Positions 52,520 through 62,564 of a stretch of DNA of 64,000 nt are shown piece after piece. The notes under the pieces are model-generated. The model was not told the origin of the DNA. It saw only the letters and a program-made list of their open reading frames with translations, and ran no database searches. The position numbers and the translations under genes were made by a program. Position 1 is the stretch's first letter. Every line of letters begins with the position of its first letter. This DNA is from Elusimicrobiota bacterium (GTDB lineage: Bacteria > Elusimicrobiota > Endomicrobiia > CG1-02-37-114 > JAHJSO01): assembly GCA_043826435.1 (NCBI GenBank), contig JBDRQF010000010.1:1818-65817 (forward strand). Direction: 5' to 3'.

Positions 52520-53500
52520 TTAAAACCTCGCTGAAAACGAAATGCGGTGAGTGTCTCCAAGTAAACCATAAGGCACAAAAGAATAATCCATCTGGTAGTT
52601 GGTGAAAAGTTTTAGCCCGAGTCCTGCTCCAAAACCAGTGAGTGTTGCGGTGTCTCTGTTATTGCCTGTTTGCCCCGGGATGATGTCTTTATTCGTTAGT
52701 GTTTCTTCTATAAGTTTCCCTGCATAGCCAAGCCGTAATGCAAGCATGTTCACTGGATAATATTCTGTGCCAATTGAAATTATTGTTCTTCCTTCATATA
52801 CCTGCTGTTTTATGTCCAGCGCTACCATTACTACACCAATATTATATCCAATTCCCAGTGTCGCTGCCAGTGGTAGATTGTATTCCTGCCTGATGAATTT
52901 CATCTGTGGGCCTATGTTCTGAATTGATAGCCCTGTTTTGAGGTTGTTTACTGGCGTTTGGTAAAGTGCTCCTATATCTACTGCTACTCCTTGTGCTGTG
53001 TAATTTTCTATGTTCTGCTGAATAAATTTTACGTTCAGCCCTGCTGAGAGCGTCTCTGATAATATTTCTGGGAGGTGTCTGCTATAACTTATTATCACCG
53101 CAAGGTCAGTTGCAGAAAATGTCCCTGTTTTTTGGCGGTTTTCATTCCTGCCTTCTATCGCTGATTGGGATAAGTAGATTACTCCACCACCTATTACTCC
53201 TGCTTTTGTTGGCTGAGCATAACCAATAAAGTCAAGCCGTGTGTCAACGAGCCATTCTGAATGCATGGCAGAGATTTCGCTCCTGCTCAATTGTGCAAGA
53301 CCGCCTACATTCCACTGCATTGCAGTCACATCGTCTGCTACTGCTGTATAGGCAGAACCCATTCCTATTGGTCTGGCTCCTATGCCTATGTTTAAGAAAG
53401 AGGCACCCGTTGTTTCTGACAAACAAGTAGTTACTGTAAAACAGAATAAAAATACGACTGCAATTGACCCAAAAATTTTTTCAATAATGTTTCTCTTCAT
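52520..53500 (-). CDS. PorV/PorQ (UPF0164) family beta-barrel
   Basis: GASFLNIGIGARPIGMGSAYTAVADD..WN, AVDIGALY, DYSFVPYGLLGDTHRISF. Confidence 0.9.
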   Translation of the reverse strand: MKRNIIEKIFGSIAVVFLFCFTVTTCLSETTGASFLNIGIGARPIGMGSAYTAVADDVTAMQWNVGGLAQLSRSEISAMHSEWLVDTRLDFIGYAQPTKAGVIGGGVIYLSQSAIEGRNENRQKTGTFSATDLAVIISYSRHLPEILSETLSAGLNVKFIQQNIENYTAQGVAVDIGALYQTPVNNLKTGLSIQNIGPQMKFIRQEYNLPLAATLGIGYNIGVVMVALDIKQQVYEGRTIISIGTEYYPVNMLALRLGYAGKLIEETLTNKDIIPGQTGNNRDTATLTGFGAGLGLKLFTNYQMDYSFVPYGLLGDTHRISFSARF

Positions 53501-53545
53501 TGATTTTCTCCCTCTCTTTTTTACTCTCTATTATGACAGCAATCG

Positions 53546-56500
53546 CTATTTTATTATTGCGCCTTTTTTCAATGTTTTTATTTCCCTGTCGCCTTTTTTT
53601 GCTCGCACTAAATACACATACACACCACTCGCTACATCTGATACATCCCAGGTGTACTCGTAACAGTATTTGTTATCCAGGATTTTCCAGTCACTTCCTG
53701 ATATGTCTATTGACCCAACAAGTTCAGCCGCTATGTTGTATAGTCGTATTTCTACCCTGTCTGCAATGCCACATTCTACGTGTATCGTCGGGTGTTTGCC
53801 ACCTTTTGCCGGGTTTGGAAATACATATATTTCGCCTTCCCTGAATGTTGGGTCTGTGTTTATTACTTCTGTTGTGTTATTTTCAGTGCCAGTTCCATCC
53901 GCAGAAGCAACTTCTTCTTCGGTTTTGAGTTTTACCATTATCTTGTAAAGTGAAAAATGCGTTAGTTCCGCTGTTACTTTGTTTTCTTCTGGTAACACTT
54001 TTGATGTTTCTACAACCTCCCATGAGTTTTTCTTAGGATTCCAGTAATAGATTCTCAGGTATTGCTCGTCAATACCTTCTATGTCTTTGTTATTATAAGG
54101 GATCTCTATTGTTACCGGTTTCTTGAATTGTATTCCTTCTGGTTCAAATTCATAGCCGGTTCCTATTGGTCCCAAGTCCTTTCTCTTTATATCAAGTTGC
54201 TTTTTCGTCTCTTCAGCAAGCGTGGTTATTAACTCTGGACCAAGGGCAATAGTTGTTTCATTTTCAAGTGCATTTTCGGAAACAAGTATTCTCGCGCCGG
54301 CTGTATTTGTTATTTCTCCACCCTTTAAACCCACTGTATTCATTGCATCAGGTAAGATTACTCTTATTGTGCCTGAACCTTCAAAGGATTTATCATCTTT
54401 GAGTTCACCTTCAACTGTTATTTTGGCTTTTCCTATTGAGACCACATTTTGCAACAGTTCCCTTTTGAATTTTACCATTAAGTCGTCTATTCCATTTTCA
54501 TCATGGTCACCAATTGAAATAGGTCTTTGCTCAGTAAATATTGGATTAATTCTTTCATTATTGATTTTTGTTATCCGAATTGTGGTGTTGTCTATGTCTT
54601 CTGGGTTATAATTTTCAGGCAGTTCTATATAGCAGGTCACCCAGTTACCTTTGCTTTTTAAGTTCAGTGTGTCAGGGTCAAAATTCACCGTCGTCTTTAT
54701 TACTGGTTTCTTTGTGAATATTCCAACTAACGATAAACTATATATCTCTGCAATTATGCGGTTGTTTGCAAAGTCTACATATTGATATACGTCATTTGTT
54801 GTCCAGGTCTGTGTCCCGGCATCATATCGCCTTATTTCAAGTCCATTGCCATCAAGTGATGGGTCATAGTTGAATATCAGTATTATTGGTGATTCAAATG
54901 TTCCCTCCGTTACTGTAATGTTGTAGACAGGACTTTCAAGATATATTGACGGATCCTCTGTTGTTATTGCTCTTGCTGCATCTTGTGGTACCTCTACCTG
55001 TTCTATGTTTATTGTAAATGTGGGTTGGTGCCATATCTCTACATTGCTATCAGCACTTGTTGCTGTCTGGCTATTTTGGCCCCTTATTACTATCGTGCCT
55101 GTCTGTGAGTTGGCTGATATGTTTGTTGGCGGCGGAATTTTTGCTCTGATTTCATATTGATATAATCCTTCTGCAAAACCTGTTGAGTCCCATGTGAATT
55201 GTTGACCAGGACCTTCTGTGCTACTTTCCCAACCACTTTCATCAGCAAGGTCACCAGCACTGTTAAATATTACATATTTTTGATTTAGAGTAATGTTGTC
55301 CCCGGGGGCAGATGTGTCAAAGGTTATTGTTGATGTGCCATTTATTGCAAGTGGGTCTGGAGTATCTGAGACATTGCTTATTACTGGTTTTGTGTTGTCA
55401 ACTGTTATTGTTATTGTTTCTAAGTCATTTTCCGCAGGCGAGATATTTTGAGCAGAAATTTCACAACTGTATGCCTGGGATGGAACCGGTTGCCCTAAAT
55501 TGTTTGTTCCATCCCAAATTACTTTATGTTGCCCTTGGGTCTGAGATTGGTTTGCTACTAAGTTCTTTATGACTGTAACACCATCAGATATTGTTACATC
55601 CACATCTTCTGCTGGCTCCGATAATACATAAGATATTGTTGTTTTTTCACCACACGCAGGGTTAAATATAGATGGTGTTGCTTTGACATTTGTAAGAGTC
55701 AAAACATTTATATTTATTATAAAACCGTGTGAAGTGCCTGTTGTCATAACATTACCAGCGATATCCTGTGCCAGTGAGATATCTATGGTTGCTGTCCCAT
55801 CGCCAGTTGTTTTGTCTATTGTGTTGTCATTATAAACAATATAAGTATCGTTGGTTTTATTGGTTGTTGCCCAACTACTGTTGGTTCTGCAATCCTGCCA
55901 GCTAATTACACCTGCTGGGTCATATCTCACCAAAGGTGTTATTGATGTATCCATTGTTTCACTGAATACAATCTTAAATGCTATATCACCCGCAATATAT
56001 TCACTTGGGGGTGATTCTACAGGGTCAGGAGTTACCGTGACTGATATTATTATAGGTGGAACACCGTCTACTGCTTGAACTGACGAACCAATAAGACAAT
56101 AATTACCCGCCAGGTCTGATAATGAGTCCCCAGTGATAGTAATTAGCGGTGTAGCATCCGTTGGCATTGCTAATGTCAGTGTTATTGTTACAATTCCAGC
56201 AGAGGATTCGAGAGCGTTTTGGACTGTATATGATGTGTCATTGTTTGTTACAGAAAAATCTGTTGAATCTATTGTTATTTCATCTATGTCTTTACTAAAG
56301 GTCACTTCTATTGTTGTTGTGATTCTTGTGTTGGCTGAAACCAATAATGGTGCCGTAATATCGGCCCATGGTCCACCATAGCATCCCATATCGTTTCTTG
56401 AACCATCAGGATCGTTGTATTCTGGGGCAGTATCTCCGGCATCTATACAAGGAGAATTTGGCTGTAAATGATAATTAAAAGGAGTTCCTCCTACAAACAA

Positions 56501-57496
56501 AGGATCAGAAGAAATACAACCTACGCCAGGCGGACAACCATAATAATCCCCTAAGGTGTTGTTCCATACATCACTATAAGTAACAGTTACACCTCTATCA
56601 GTATAACTTCCAACATAACTGTAAATACCATAACCCATATTCTCTGTAATAATATTGTTAATAAGTGTTGGGTCTGCATAAGTATTATATATACCGTGAT
56701 TACCGTTTTTTCTTATAGTATTATTAATTATTTGAGGATAAACAGATGCCCAGTCAGCCCCAGTTACCTTAATACCACCTCCATAACTAGCTGCGTTGTC
56801 AACTATAATATTGTTGTAAATCTTAACTGTATAATATTTTTGTTCCCATGCAGTATGAACATAGATACCACCACCGGCCCAACTATTATTATTGTTTATC
56901 AAATTACCAACAATATCGGGAGCATTACCATAACACGTAATACCACCCCCCTCCTGTGCCTGGTTGTTAGATATTACATTTCTTGTAATCTTACCTGAAC
57001 CACTACAATAAATCCCTCCACCGTTCCTGGGCAATCCAGTAGATGCAGCCGTGTTGTTAATTATGATGTTTTCAATAATATTAACATCAGAAGCAAAACA
57101 AAAAATTCCCCCACCGTGTTCTGGAGTATTACCATTGGTAATAGTGAATCCTTTGATGGTTGATGAAGACCCACACTCTATCACCCTATTTGTATTTTCT
57201 GCATCTAATATGGACACATCCGCATTTGCTCCATATAACGAAACCCCACTCTTTAACTGAATTGGAAATACTTCGCCATTTGTTGAGGGTGAATATATTC
57301 CATCAGATACTTGAACAATGTCTCCCCAACCGGCTGCATCTATTGCTGATTGAATCGTAGAGTATTCTTGAGGAACTTTTAAAGTCGCTCCTTCCAAGGA
57401 ACCAATACACAAAAACAGCAACCATGTGGATAATCCAAAAACTATTATTTTCTCCAAATTAGTAAAATCCCTGCCACTACAAACATGTTCATTCAT
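53546..57496 (-). CDS. Large secreted surface protein: beta-helix, Ig/FlgD-like and ZU5-like domains, T9SS-type C-terminal sorting domain
   Basis: VPQEYSTIQSAID, GGGI beta-helix repeats, SPCIDAG, WDGTNNLG, EPEGIQF..HFSLY, YVFPNP..ASGVYVY..KKGAIIK. Confidence 0.87.
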   Translation of the reverse strand: MNEHVCSGRDFTNLEKIIVFGLSTWLLFLCIGSLEGATLKVPQEYSTIQSAIDAAGWGDIVQVSDGIYSPSTNGEVFPIQLKSGVSLYGANADVSILDAENTNRVIECGSSSTIKGFTITNGNTPEHGGGIFCFASDVNIIENIIINNTAASTGLPRNGGGIYCSGSGKITRNVISNNQAQEGGGITCYGNAPDIVGNLINNNNSWAGGGIYVHTAWEQKYYTVKIYNNIIVDNAASYGGGIKVTGADWASVYPQIINNTIRKNGNHGIYNTYADPTLINNIITENMGYGIYSYVGSYTDRGVTVTYSDVWNNTLGDYYGCPPGVGCISSDPLFVGGTPFNYHLQPNSPCIDAGDTAPEYNDPDGSRNDMGCYGGPWADITAPLLVSANTRITTTIEVTFSKDIDEITIDSTDFSVTNNDTSYTVQNALESSAGIVTITLTLAMPTDATPLITITGDSLSDLAGNYCLIGSSVQAVDGVPPIIISVTVTPDPVESPPSEYIAGDIAFKIVFSETMDTSITPLVRYDPAGVISWQDCRTNSSWATTNKTNDTYIVYNDNTIDKTTGDGTATIDISLAQDIAGNVMTTGTSHGFIININVLTLTNVKATPSIFNPACGEKTTISYVLSEPAEDVDVTISDGVTVIKNLVANQSQTQGQHKVIWDGTNNLGQPVPSQAYSCEISAQNISPAENDLETITITVDNTKPVISNVSDTPDPLAINGTSTITFDTSAPGDNITLNQKYVIFNSAGDLADESGWESSTEGPGQQFTWDSTGFAEGLYQYEIRAKIPPPTNISANSQTGTIVIRGQNSQTATSADSNVEIWHQPTFTINIEQVEVPQDAARAITTEDPSIYLESPVYNITVTEGTFESPIILIFNYDPSLDGNGLEIRRYDAGTQTWTTNDVYQYVDFANNRIIAEIYSLSLVGIFTKKPVIKTTVNFDPDTLNLKSKGNWVTCYIELPENYNPEDIDNTTIRITKINNERINPIFTEQRPISIGDHDENGIDDLMVKFKRELLQNVVSIGKAKITVEGELKDDKSFEGSGTIRVILPDAMNTVGLKGGEITNTAGARILVSENALENETTIALGPELITTLAEETKKQLDIKRKDLGPIGTGYEFEPEGIQFKKPVTIEIPYNNKDIEGIDEQYLRIYYWNPKKNSWEVVETSKVLPEENKVTAELTHFSLYKIMVKLKTEEEVASADGTGTENNTTEVINTDPTFREGEIYVFPNPAKGGKHPTIHVECGIADRVEIRLYNIAAELVGSIDISGSDWKILDNKYCYEYTWDVSDVASGVYVYLVRAKKGDREIKTLKKGAIIK

Positions 57497-57890
57497 TTTT
57501 AGAACCCCCGGGTTATATAACGCGCCGTTCACAACTGTTACTTATCGTTAACAGAACATTCGCGGAATTTTTCTGTCCAAATTATACATAAGTTAAATTT
57601 GTTTGTCAATTCTTTGAATCAAACCTTAAACCCGATATTGGTTTTTGACTTCGCTCAAATCAGCAATTTATGCTGAAAAAGATTCAAAAAGTACCATTAC
57701 ATAACTCAAACATGGGAAGGATTTTTATCTTACTATCCGTAAGTTATCCCTATGCCACAGCACCGTCTGACAAAATCAGGTTTTTCAAACGCACCTCTCC
57801 AGTGAGCCGGGTATTTCAACTACATTAAAACTATAGCCACTCCGCATTGCATCTGGCATTTTGTTACTCGTTAAAATAGAACAGATAGAA

Positions 57891-57962
57891 TGCCGCGGGA
57901 GAGAATCGAACTCACGACGCCAGGTTTTTCAGACCTGCGCTCTACCACTGAGCTACCGCGGC
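57891..57962 (-). tRNA. tRNA-Phe(GAA)
   Basis: GCCGCGG acceptor stem, CAGGT-CT-GAA-AA-ACCTG anticodon arm, GTTCGATTC. Confidence 0.95.
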
Positions 57963-57982
57963 ACCCGGATAATTTTTTGTTC

Positions 57983-58228
57983 TTACGGATTGGCTTTCTT
58001 CTTATTGTGGGCGGCTCTGTCTTTCACGTCCGATACAAAGCCCTCCACCTTATCCTTCCCTTCTTCAAAAATGTCTTCCGCTTTCTCCCCTAATTCATCA
58101 ATGAGCACTTTAAGTTTTTCTCTTGTTTCCCTGCCCGGCTTCGGGGCAAAGAGAAGCCCGACCGCCGCCCCTATAAGCCCGCCGAGTAAAAATGAAAGAA
58201 TTGCTTCACCTGAATTTCTATCAGACAT
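57983..58228 (-). CDS. YtxH domain protein
   Basis: [25 protein letters not shown]. Confidence 0.9.
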   Translation of the reverse strand: MSDRNSGEAILSFLLGGLIGAAVGLLFAPKPGRETREKLKVLIDELGEKAEDIFEEGKDKVEGFVSDVKDRAAHNKKKANP

Positions 58229-58248
58229 AACATGCCCCCCCTTAATTT

Positions 58249-58491
58249 TTATTCCTTTTTTGAAGCCGCCTTCGTTTTTGACAGGAATCCCATTGCCGCA
58301 GCCGCCAATACTCCCGCTACCTTCGCCCAACCCGAACCGATAACGTTTAGTATCTTAACAAACTTTTCAGCCGTATCAAGGACTTTCTTTGCACGGAAAA
58401 GAATAACCGTCACGGCCACCGTCAGAAAAAGGTTTGTAAGCGTTATCAGGACCAGACACACCACCAGCACCGCAGTAAGAGTTGCGTTCAT
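58249..58491 (-). CDS. Small membrane protein (DUF948-like context)
   Basis: N-terminal TM helix; directly upstream of the YtxH gene; overlaps the response regulator stop. Confidence 0.7.
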   Translation of the reverse strand: MNATLTAVLVVCLVLITLTNLFLTVAVTVILFRAKKVLDTAEKFVKILNVIGSGWAKVAGVLAAAAMGFLSKTKAASKKE

Positions 58492-58868
58492 TTTTTACAC
58501 CTCTCTATTGCCTTTTCAAGTTTTTCCTTAATCACAGTGATGTCAAACGGCTTAATCAGGTAACCGTCAGCCCCGAAAAGATACGCATCGTGCGCCGCCT
58601 TTTTGTCTGAATATGCCGTTATCATAAGGACGGGGACATTGCTGAACCCGGGGGTGTATTTAATCTCCCTGCACAAACTTATTCCGTCCATCCCGGGGAT
58701 ACTCACGTCCATGAGTATTGCGTCGGGCGTTCCTTTTGAAAGTTGCTCCCTGAATGTCTTTTCATCGGAAGCGACCAGGACTTCGTAACCATACGCCCCC
58801 AGTCCCACTGAAAGCATCTCCTGAATGCCTTCGTCGTCGTCCACAATGAGTATCCTTTTCCTTTCCAT
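58488..58868 (-). CDS. Single-domain response regulator receiver
   Basis: ILIVDDD, ILMDVSIPGMDG, ITA, KPF. Confidence 0.93.
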   Translation of the reverse strand: MERKRILIVDDDEGIQEMLSVGLGAYGYEVLVASDEKTFREQLSKGTPDAILMDVSIPGMDGISLCREIKYTPGFSNVPVLMITAYSDKKAAHDAYLFGADGYLIKPFDITVIKEKLEKAIERCKK

Positions 58869-58875
58869 CCCCGCA

Positions 58876-58956
58876 ATTATACAAAATTAAAAAAAAACAG
58901 TCAAGATGCGGCGAAAAGTTTTTGACATTGACAAAAAAATAAAAATTCAATACAAT
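58876..58956. promoter_or_regulatory. Back-to-back sigma70 promoters (receiver gene and ECF operon)
   Basis: Minus: TTGACT-17-TATAAT (58904-58876); plus: TTGACA-17-TACAAT (58928-58956). Confidence 0.7.
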
Positions 58957-59045
58957 AATTGGGTCGCATGTCCGTTTATAATAGTGGCGAGCGATGAAAA
59001 TGACGCGGTAAAAAAGAGGCCCGGAAGGAAGAAGCCCGGAACACA

Positions 59046-59666
59046 ATGACAAACAACGATATCGGCTCGCTGGGGGACGCAGAACTCCTGTCAATGGCAA
59101 AGGATGGTTCAACGGAAGCCATGGAAATCATAATAAAGAGATACCAGGAACCGCTCTATAACTTCGCGATAAGAATGACGGGCAACCGCCACTCTGCGGA
59201 GGACGTCACCCAGGAGTCATTCCTGCGGGCGATAAAATCCCTTCCTTATTACAGGCACAAGAATTTCAGGAATTACATATACAAAATAGCGAGCAACCTT
59301 ATAATAGACAGATACAGGAAAAAGGAGCCGGTTGTATCAATTGACGACCCCTTTCTGATGCACAGTTCAAACATGGACGACAATTCCATTACGTTAAAGG
59401 ACGTAATCCCGGACATAGAGACGTCCTCCCCCGATTATATCGTTCAAAAAAAATTGATGAAGCAAAAAATTTCCGATGCAATTGCCGGTATGCCCGAGGA
59501 ACAGAGGCGGGTATTCTCGTTAAGAGTTTTTTCAGGACTGTCTTTTCGGGAAATATCGGAAATATGCGGGTGCTCACTGAACACCGCGCTCGGCAGGATG
59601 CACTATGCGGTTGAAAAAATCAGGAAGTTTTTGGAATCGCGGGAAATGACGCGGGAGAAAATATAA
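59046..59666 (+). CDS. ECF RNA polymerase sigma factor
   Basis: AEDVTQESF, IASNLIIDRYRK, LSFREISE..SLNTALGRMHYA. Confidence 0.94.
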   Translation: MTNNDIGSLGDAELLSMAKDGSTEAMEIIIKRYQEPLYNFAIRMTGNRHSAEDVTQESFLRAIKSLPYYRHKNFRNYIYKIASNLIIDRYRKKEPVVSIDDPFLMHSSNMDDNSITLKDVIPDIETSSPDYIVQKKLMKQKISDAIAGMPEEQRRVFSLRVFSGLSFREISEICGCSLNTALGRMHYAVEKIRKFLESREMTREKI

Positions 59667-59667
59667 A

Positions 59668-60216
59668 ATGTGCAGACACTGGAAGAAGAGCGGATTGCTA
59701 TACATATATAATGAATTAGCCCCTGCCGAAAGGAATAAGTATGAAAACCACATCCGGCAGTGCGGCCATTGCAGTAAAATGATTGAGACATGCAGGGGCG
59801 TCCTTGGTGTAACCGGCAAAACACTCGGTGATGAACCCATGGACAACGCCTTCAAGGAAAGATTGCTGTCCGCATCGTCTCACCTTTTAAGGGACGTCAC
59901 CCGGGATATGCCCCAACACAGATTCATCTGGAAATTAAAATATTCCTGGGCGGGAACCTTTGCATTCGCCGTCATGCTATTTTTGCTTTTCCTTGCCCGC
60001 ATGTCCGACATCAAAAAGAAAGACATTAGAGGTACTTTAGATACTTTTGTTACGAGCCGCAACCTGGAAACCCTCATCTCAACTATAGACCGGGAGATAC
60101 TGGCAGTGGCATCAAACAATGAGCCGGTTAACGGAACGGAAAGTTTCAGTTATAAAATAGAAGAAGTGGAGAACCAACTCTACTATTTAAACAAGGAGGT
60201 TGAAAAACTGCTATGA
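59668..60216 (+). CDS. Zinc-finger (HxxxCxxC) transmembrane anti-sigma factor
   Basis: YENHIRQCGHC, one TM helix, directly after the ECF sigma. Confidence 0.85.
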   Translation: MCRHWKKSGLLYIYNELAPAERNKYENHIRQCGHCSKMIETCRGVLGVTGKTLGDEPMDNAFKERLLSASSHLLRDVTRDMPQHRFIWKLKYSWAGTFAFAVMLFLLFLARMSDIKKKDIRGTLDTFVTSRNLETLISTIDREILAVASNNEPVNGTESFSYKIEEVENQLYYLNKEVEKLL

Positions 60217-60755
60217 AAAGGACTATGATTTTAGTCATGATGATGGCAGCCGCATGTCTATCTTTCGCACAGGAAAAGGAACCGGTTAACCCTGAAAACG
60301 AGAAGAGGACTCTTGAGTTGATGAAGGGTGACGACCCGATGCGTTACAGGGATATGTGTGAGTTAAGGGATAAACACCCTCACCTCTACAGGCGTTTCAT
60401 GGCCGACGAAACAAGAAAAAGGCGGTTTATGTCAAAAATGAGACGGAGAGACCCTGAGGTGTGGAAAAAATTTGAAGACATCCGTGAACTCGGGCGAAAG
60501 TCCCGGAAACTGGCGGAACAGTACAAACAAACCAGTGACCAGAAGAAAAAGGCGGAACTCAAGGTGGAACTGAAAACCCTGCTGAATCAACTATTTGAAC
60601 TCCGCGAAGAAAAGCACAAATTTCATCTTGGTGAACTTGAGAAGGAAATCGTCTCATTGAAAAAAATGATACAGGAAAGAAAAGCAAACAAGGAAAAGAT
60701 AATTACCCGCCGGCTTGAGTCACTTATATCTGAAGAACCCTTGCTTGACTGGTGA
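60213..60755 (+). CDS. Periplasmic helical protein (Spy/CpxP-like accessory)
   Basis: Signal peptide, charged coiled coil, third gene of the ECF module. Confidence 0.65.
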   Translation: MKRTMILVMMMAAACLSFAQEKEPVNPENEKRTLELMKGDDPMRYRDMCELRDKHPHLYRRFMADETRKRRFMSKMRRRDPEVWKKFEDIRELGRKSRKLAEQYKQTSDQKKKAELKVELKTLLNQLFELREEKHKFHLGELEKEIVSLKKMIQERKANKEKIITRRLESLISEEPLLDW

Positions 60756-60785
60756 CCCCGCCATTCCCCTACCCCCCCGGAGGTT

Positions 60786-60892
60786 GTGTGCGTGCAACTT
60801 TTCGGCACATTAGCACAGCCAAGTATCAAATGTTGCAGCAGTGTGCGTGCAACTTTTCGGCACATTAGCACAGCCAAGTGTCAAATATTGCA
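60786..60892. repeat. 55-bp tandem duplication carrying two copies of the 45-bp TGCA-bounded element
   Basis: GTGTGCGTGCAACTTTTCGGCACATTAGCACAGCCAAGTRTCAAATRTTGCA x2. Confidence 0.92.
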
Positions 60893-60896
60893 GGGG

Positions 60897-60941
60897 TGTG
60901 ACAAAAGTCACATTGACAAAAAAATAAAAATATGTTACCAT
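60897..60941 (+). promoter_or_regulatory. CRP/FNR-family box abutting the sigma70 promoter of the FecR operon
   Basis: TGTGA-CAAAAG-TCACA (60897-60912), TTGACA (60913), 17 bp spacer, TGn-TACCAT. Confidence 0.72.
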
Positions 60942-60983
60942 GTAATTGTGCCAGTAAGGTGGCGGGCATCGGAGGTGTGAGTA

Positions 60984-62546
60984 ATGATAACCCGAAAAAC
61001 GTTTTTTCTCTTTGTTTGTCTGTTGTTTACAACTTCTGTAGTTTTTGCCAGGCAGGTGATGGTTCAGAGACTGCGGGGCAATGTTGATATGTTCTCAAAG
61101 GGAAAATGGACTGCAGCAAAAATAGGAACGGTGCTGTCGGTTCATGATAAGGTCAGAACAAAATCCAGAATATCTTACTGTATACTTTTATTTGAAGACG
61201 GACACACCATGCGGCTCGGAGGAAATACAGCAATCGCGATTTCCGAAATCATCACTGATGCCTCTCAGGTATCACTTGAAAAAGGCAGAATAAGAGTCAG
61301 AATAAAACAGTTTTTCGGTGGTAGGTCTTTCAGAATTAAAACCCCGACCGCCGTGTGTTCTGTCAGGGGGACCGACTTTGCGGTTGAATTTGCTGACAAT
61401 ATTACACGCCTTGAGGTCTATGAAGGGGTCGTATCTGCAAAGGAAGAAACGACAGGCAAGGAGATTATGGTCAATCCTGGAGAATTCAGTGTGATTGAAC
61501 AAGGCGGGGAACCATCCGTCCCGGAACCACTCCAGGAAAAACCGCCCGCAGAGGAATCAGAGGAAACATCTGTCCCGGACCCGGAGGAAAAATCAAAAGA
61601 GGAATTAAAGGCGGAAGCGGAAAGGGAAATCTTTCAGGATATATCAAGGGAAGCTGTAATGGAAAGGGCCGCCGAGGAAATAAAACTTGCAGAATTCCAG
61701 AACGGCAAAGCGATAATTGATGTCTTTGGAAAAAGGGTCCGTATGGAAGAATACATTGTCAGACCCAAACCGGAACAATTCAAATATGTGGTACTGAACA
61801 ACAGGGAAGACAGGTTTGACTTCGGGAAGATTCTTTTCACCTTCAATAAGGAACTACCAACCAACTTAACGCTCGCCACAAAAGAGATGTTTTACAAAGA
61901 GGGCCCAAGCAGACCGGAATGGGAACTCGCAAATGTAGAATCAGTTATGTCAAATACATTAGATAAAGTCCTGGAGGATGCATCGGGTGGAACAATGGTC
62001 CCCAATGATTCAACAAACCCTTCCTACTGGACGCATTTCTTCACAAGTTATAAATTCTATATAGGTAATATTAACAGCACTGAAAACAACGGCAAAGGAG
62101 TCATTAAATGGCAGTATGAGGACAAAAACTATGACTTCAAGGCACAGACAGACGAGTTCACATATCTGCCCGGCACTGCATTTGAAAGTCATAACGACCC
62201 AGCACTCAAGGAAGGACAGACACAGTTAGACGGCAATTTATTCAGCCCACAACCACAGGGCACGGACATATACTACTTCAGGTCAAGGGACGAATACGCG
62301 GACGCCACCTTCGTGCAGGCGGACGATTACATTATTACCGACGAAGGAAAAATCGCTACAAAAGAGACATTAAAAACGACCGCCGATTTATATGGATTAA
62401 ATTTTGAAAGGGTCTTTACAGCCACGGAATTTGCCGGTAGAAAAATTGACTTAATATTCAGTTCAAAGTTACTGATTGATGCGGGGATTTTGAGGATACC
62501 TGAAATACAAACCGCAACGGCAAGTTCTATGCTCAGGGTGAACTAA
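60984..62546 (+). CDS. Exported FecR-domain protein with unknown C-terminal domain
   Basis: Signal peptide, DKVRT..FEDG, IKTPTAVCSVRGTDF, VYEGVV, Pro/Glu linker. Confidence 0.85.
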   Translation: MITRKTFFLFVCLLFTTSVVFARQVMVQRLRGNVDMFSKGKWTAAKIGTVLSVHDKVRTKSRISYCILLFEDGHTMRLGGNTAIAISEIITDASQVSLEKGRIRVRIKQFFGGRSFRIKTPTAVCSVRGTDFAVEFADNITRLEVYEGVVSAKEETTGKEIMVNPGEFSVIEQGGEPSVPEPLQEKPPAEESEETSVPDPEEKSKEELKAEAEREIFQDISREAVMERAAEEIKLAEFQNGKAIIDVFGKRVRMEEYIVRPKPEQFKYVVLNNREDRFDFGKILFTFNKELPTNLTLATKEMFYKEGPSRPEWELANVESVMSNTLDKVLEDASGGTMVPNDSTNPSYWTHFFTSYKFYIGNINSTENNGKGVIKWQYEDKNYDFKAQTDEFTYLPGTAFESHNDPALKEGQTQLDGNLFSPQPQGTDIYYFRSRDEYADATFVQADDYIITDEGKIATKETLKTTADLYGLNFERVFTATEFAGRKIDLIFSSKLLIDAGILRIPEIQTATASSMLRVN

Positions 62547-62564
62547 CAGGGGGTAAACTAACAG

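Noticed and set aside
60786-60892. Possible CRISPR array
   Set aside because: Only two nearly identical units, no unique spacers, no cas genes.
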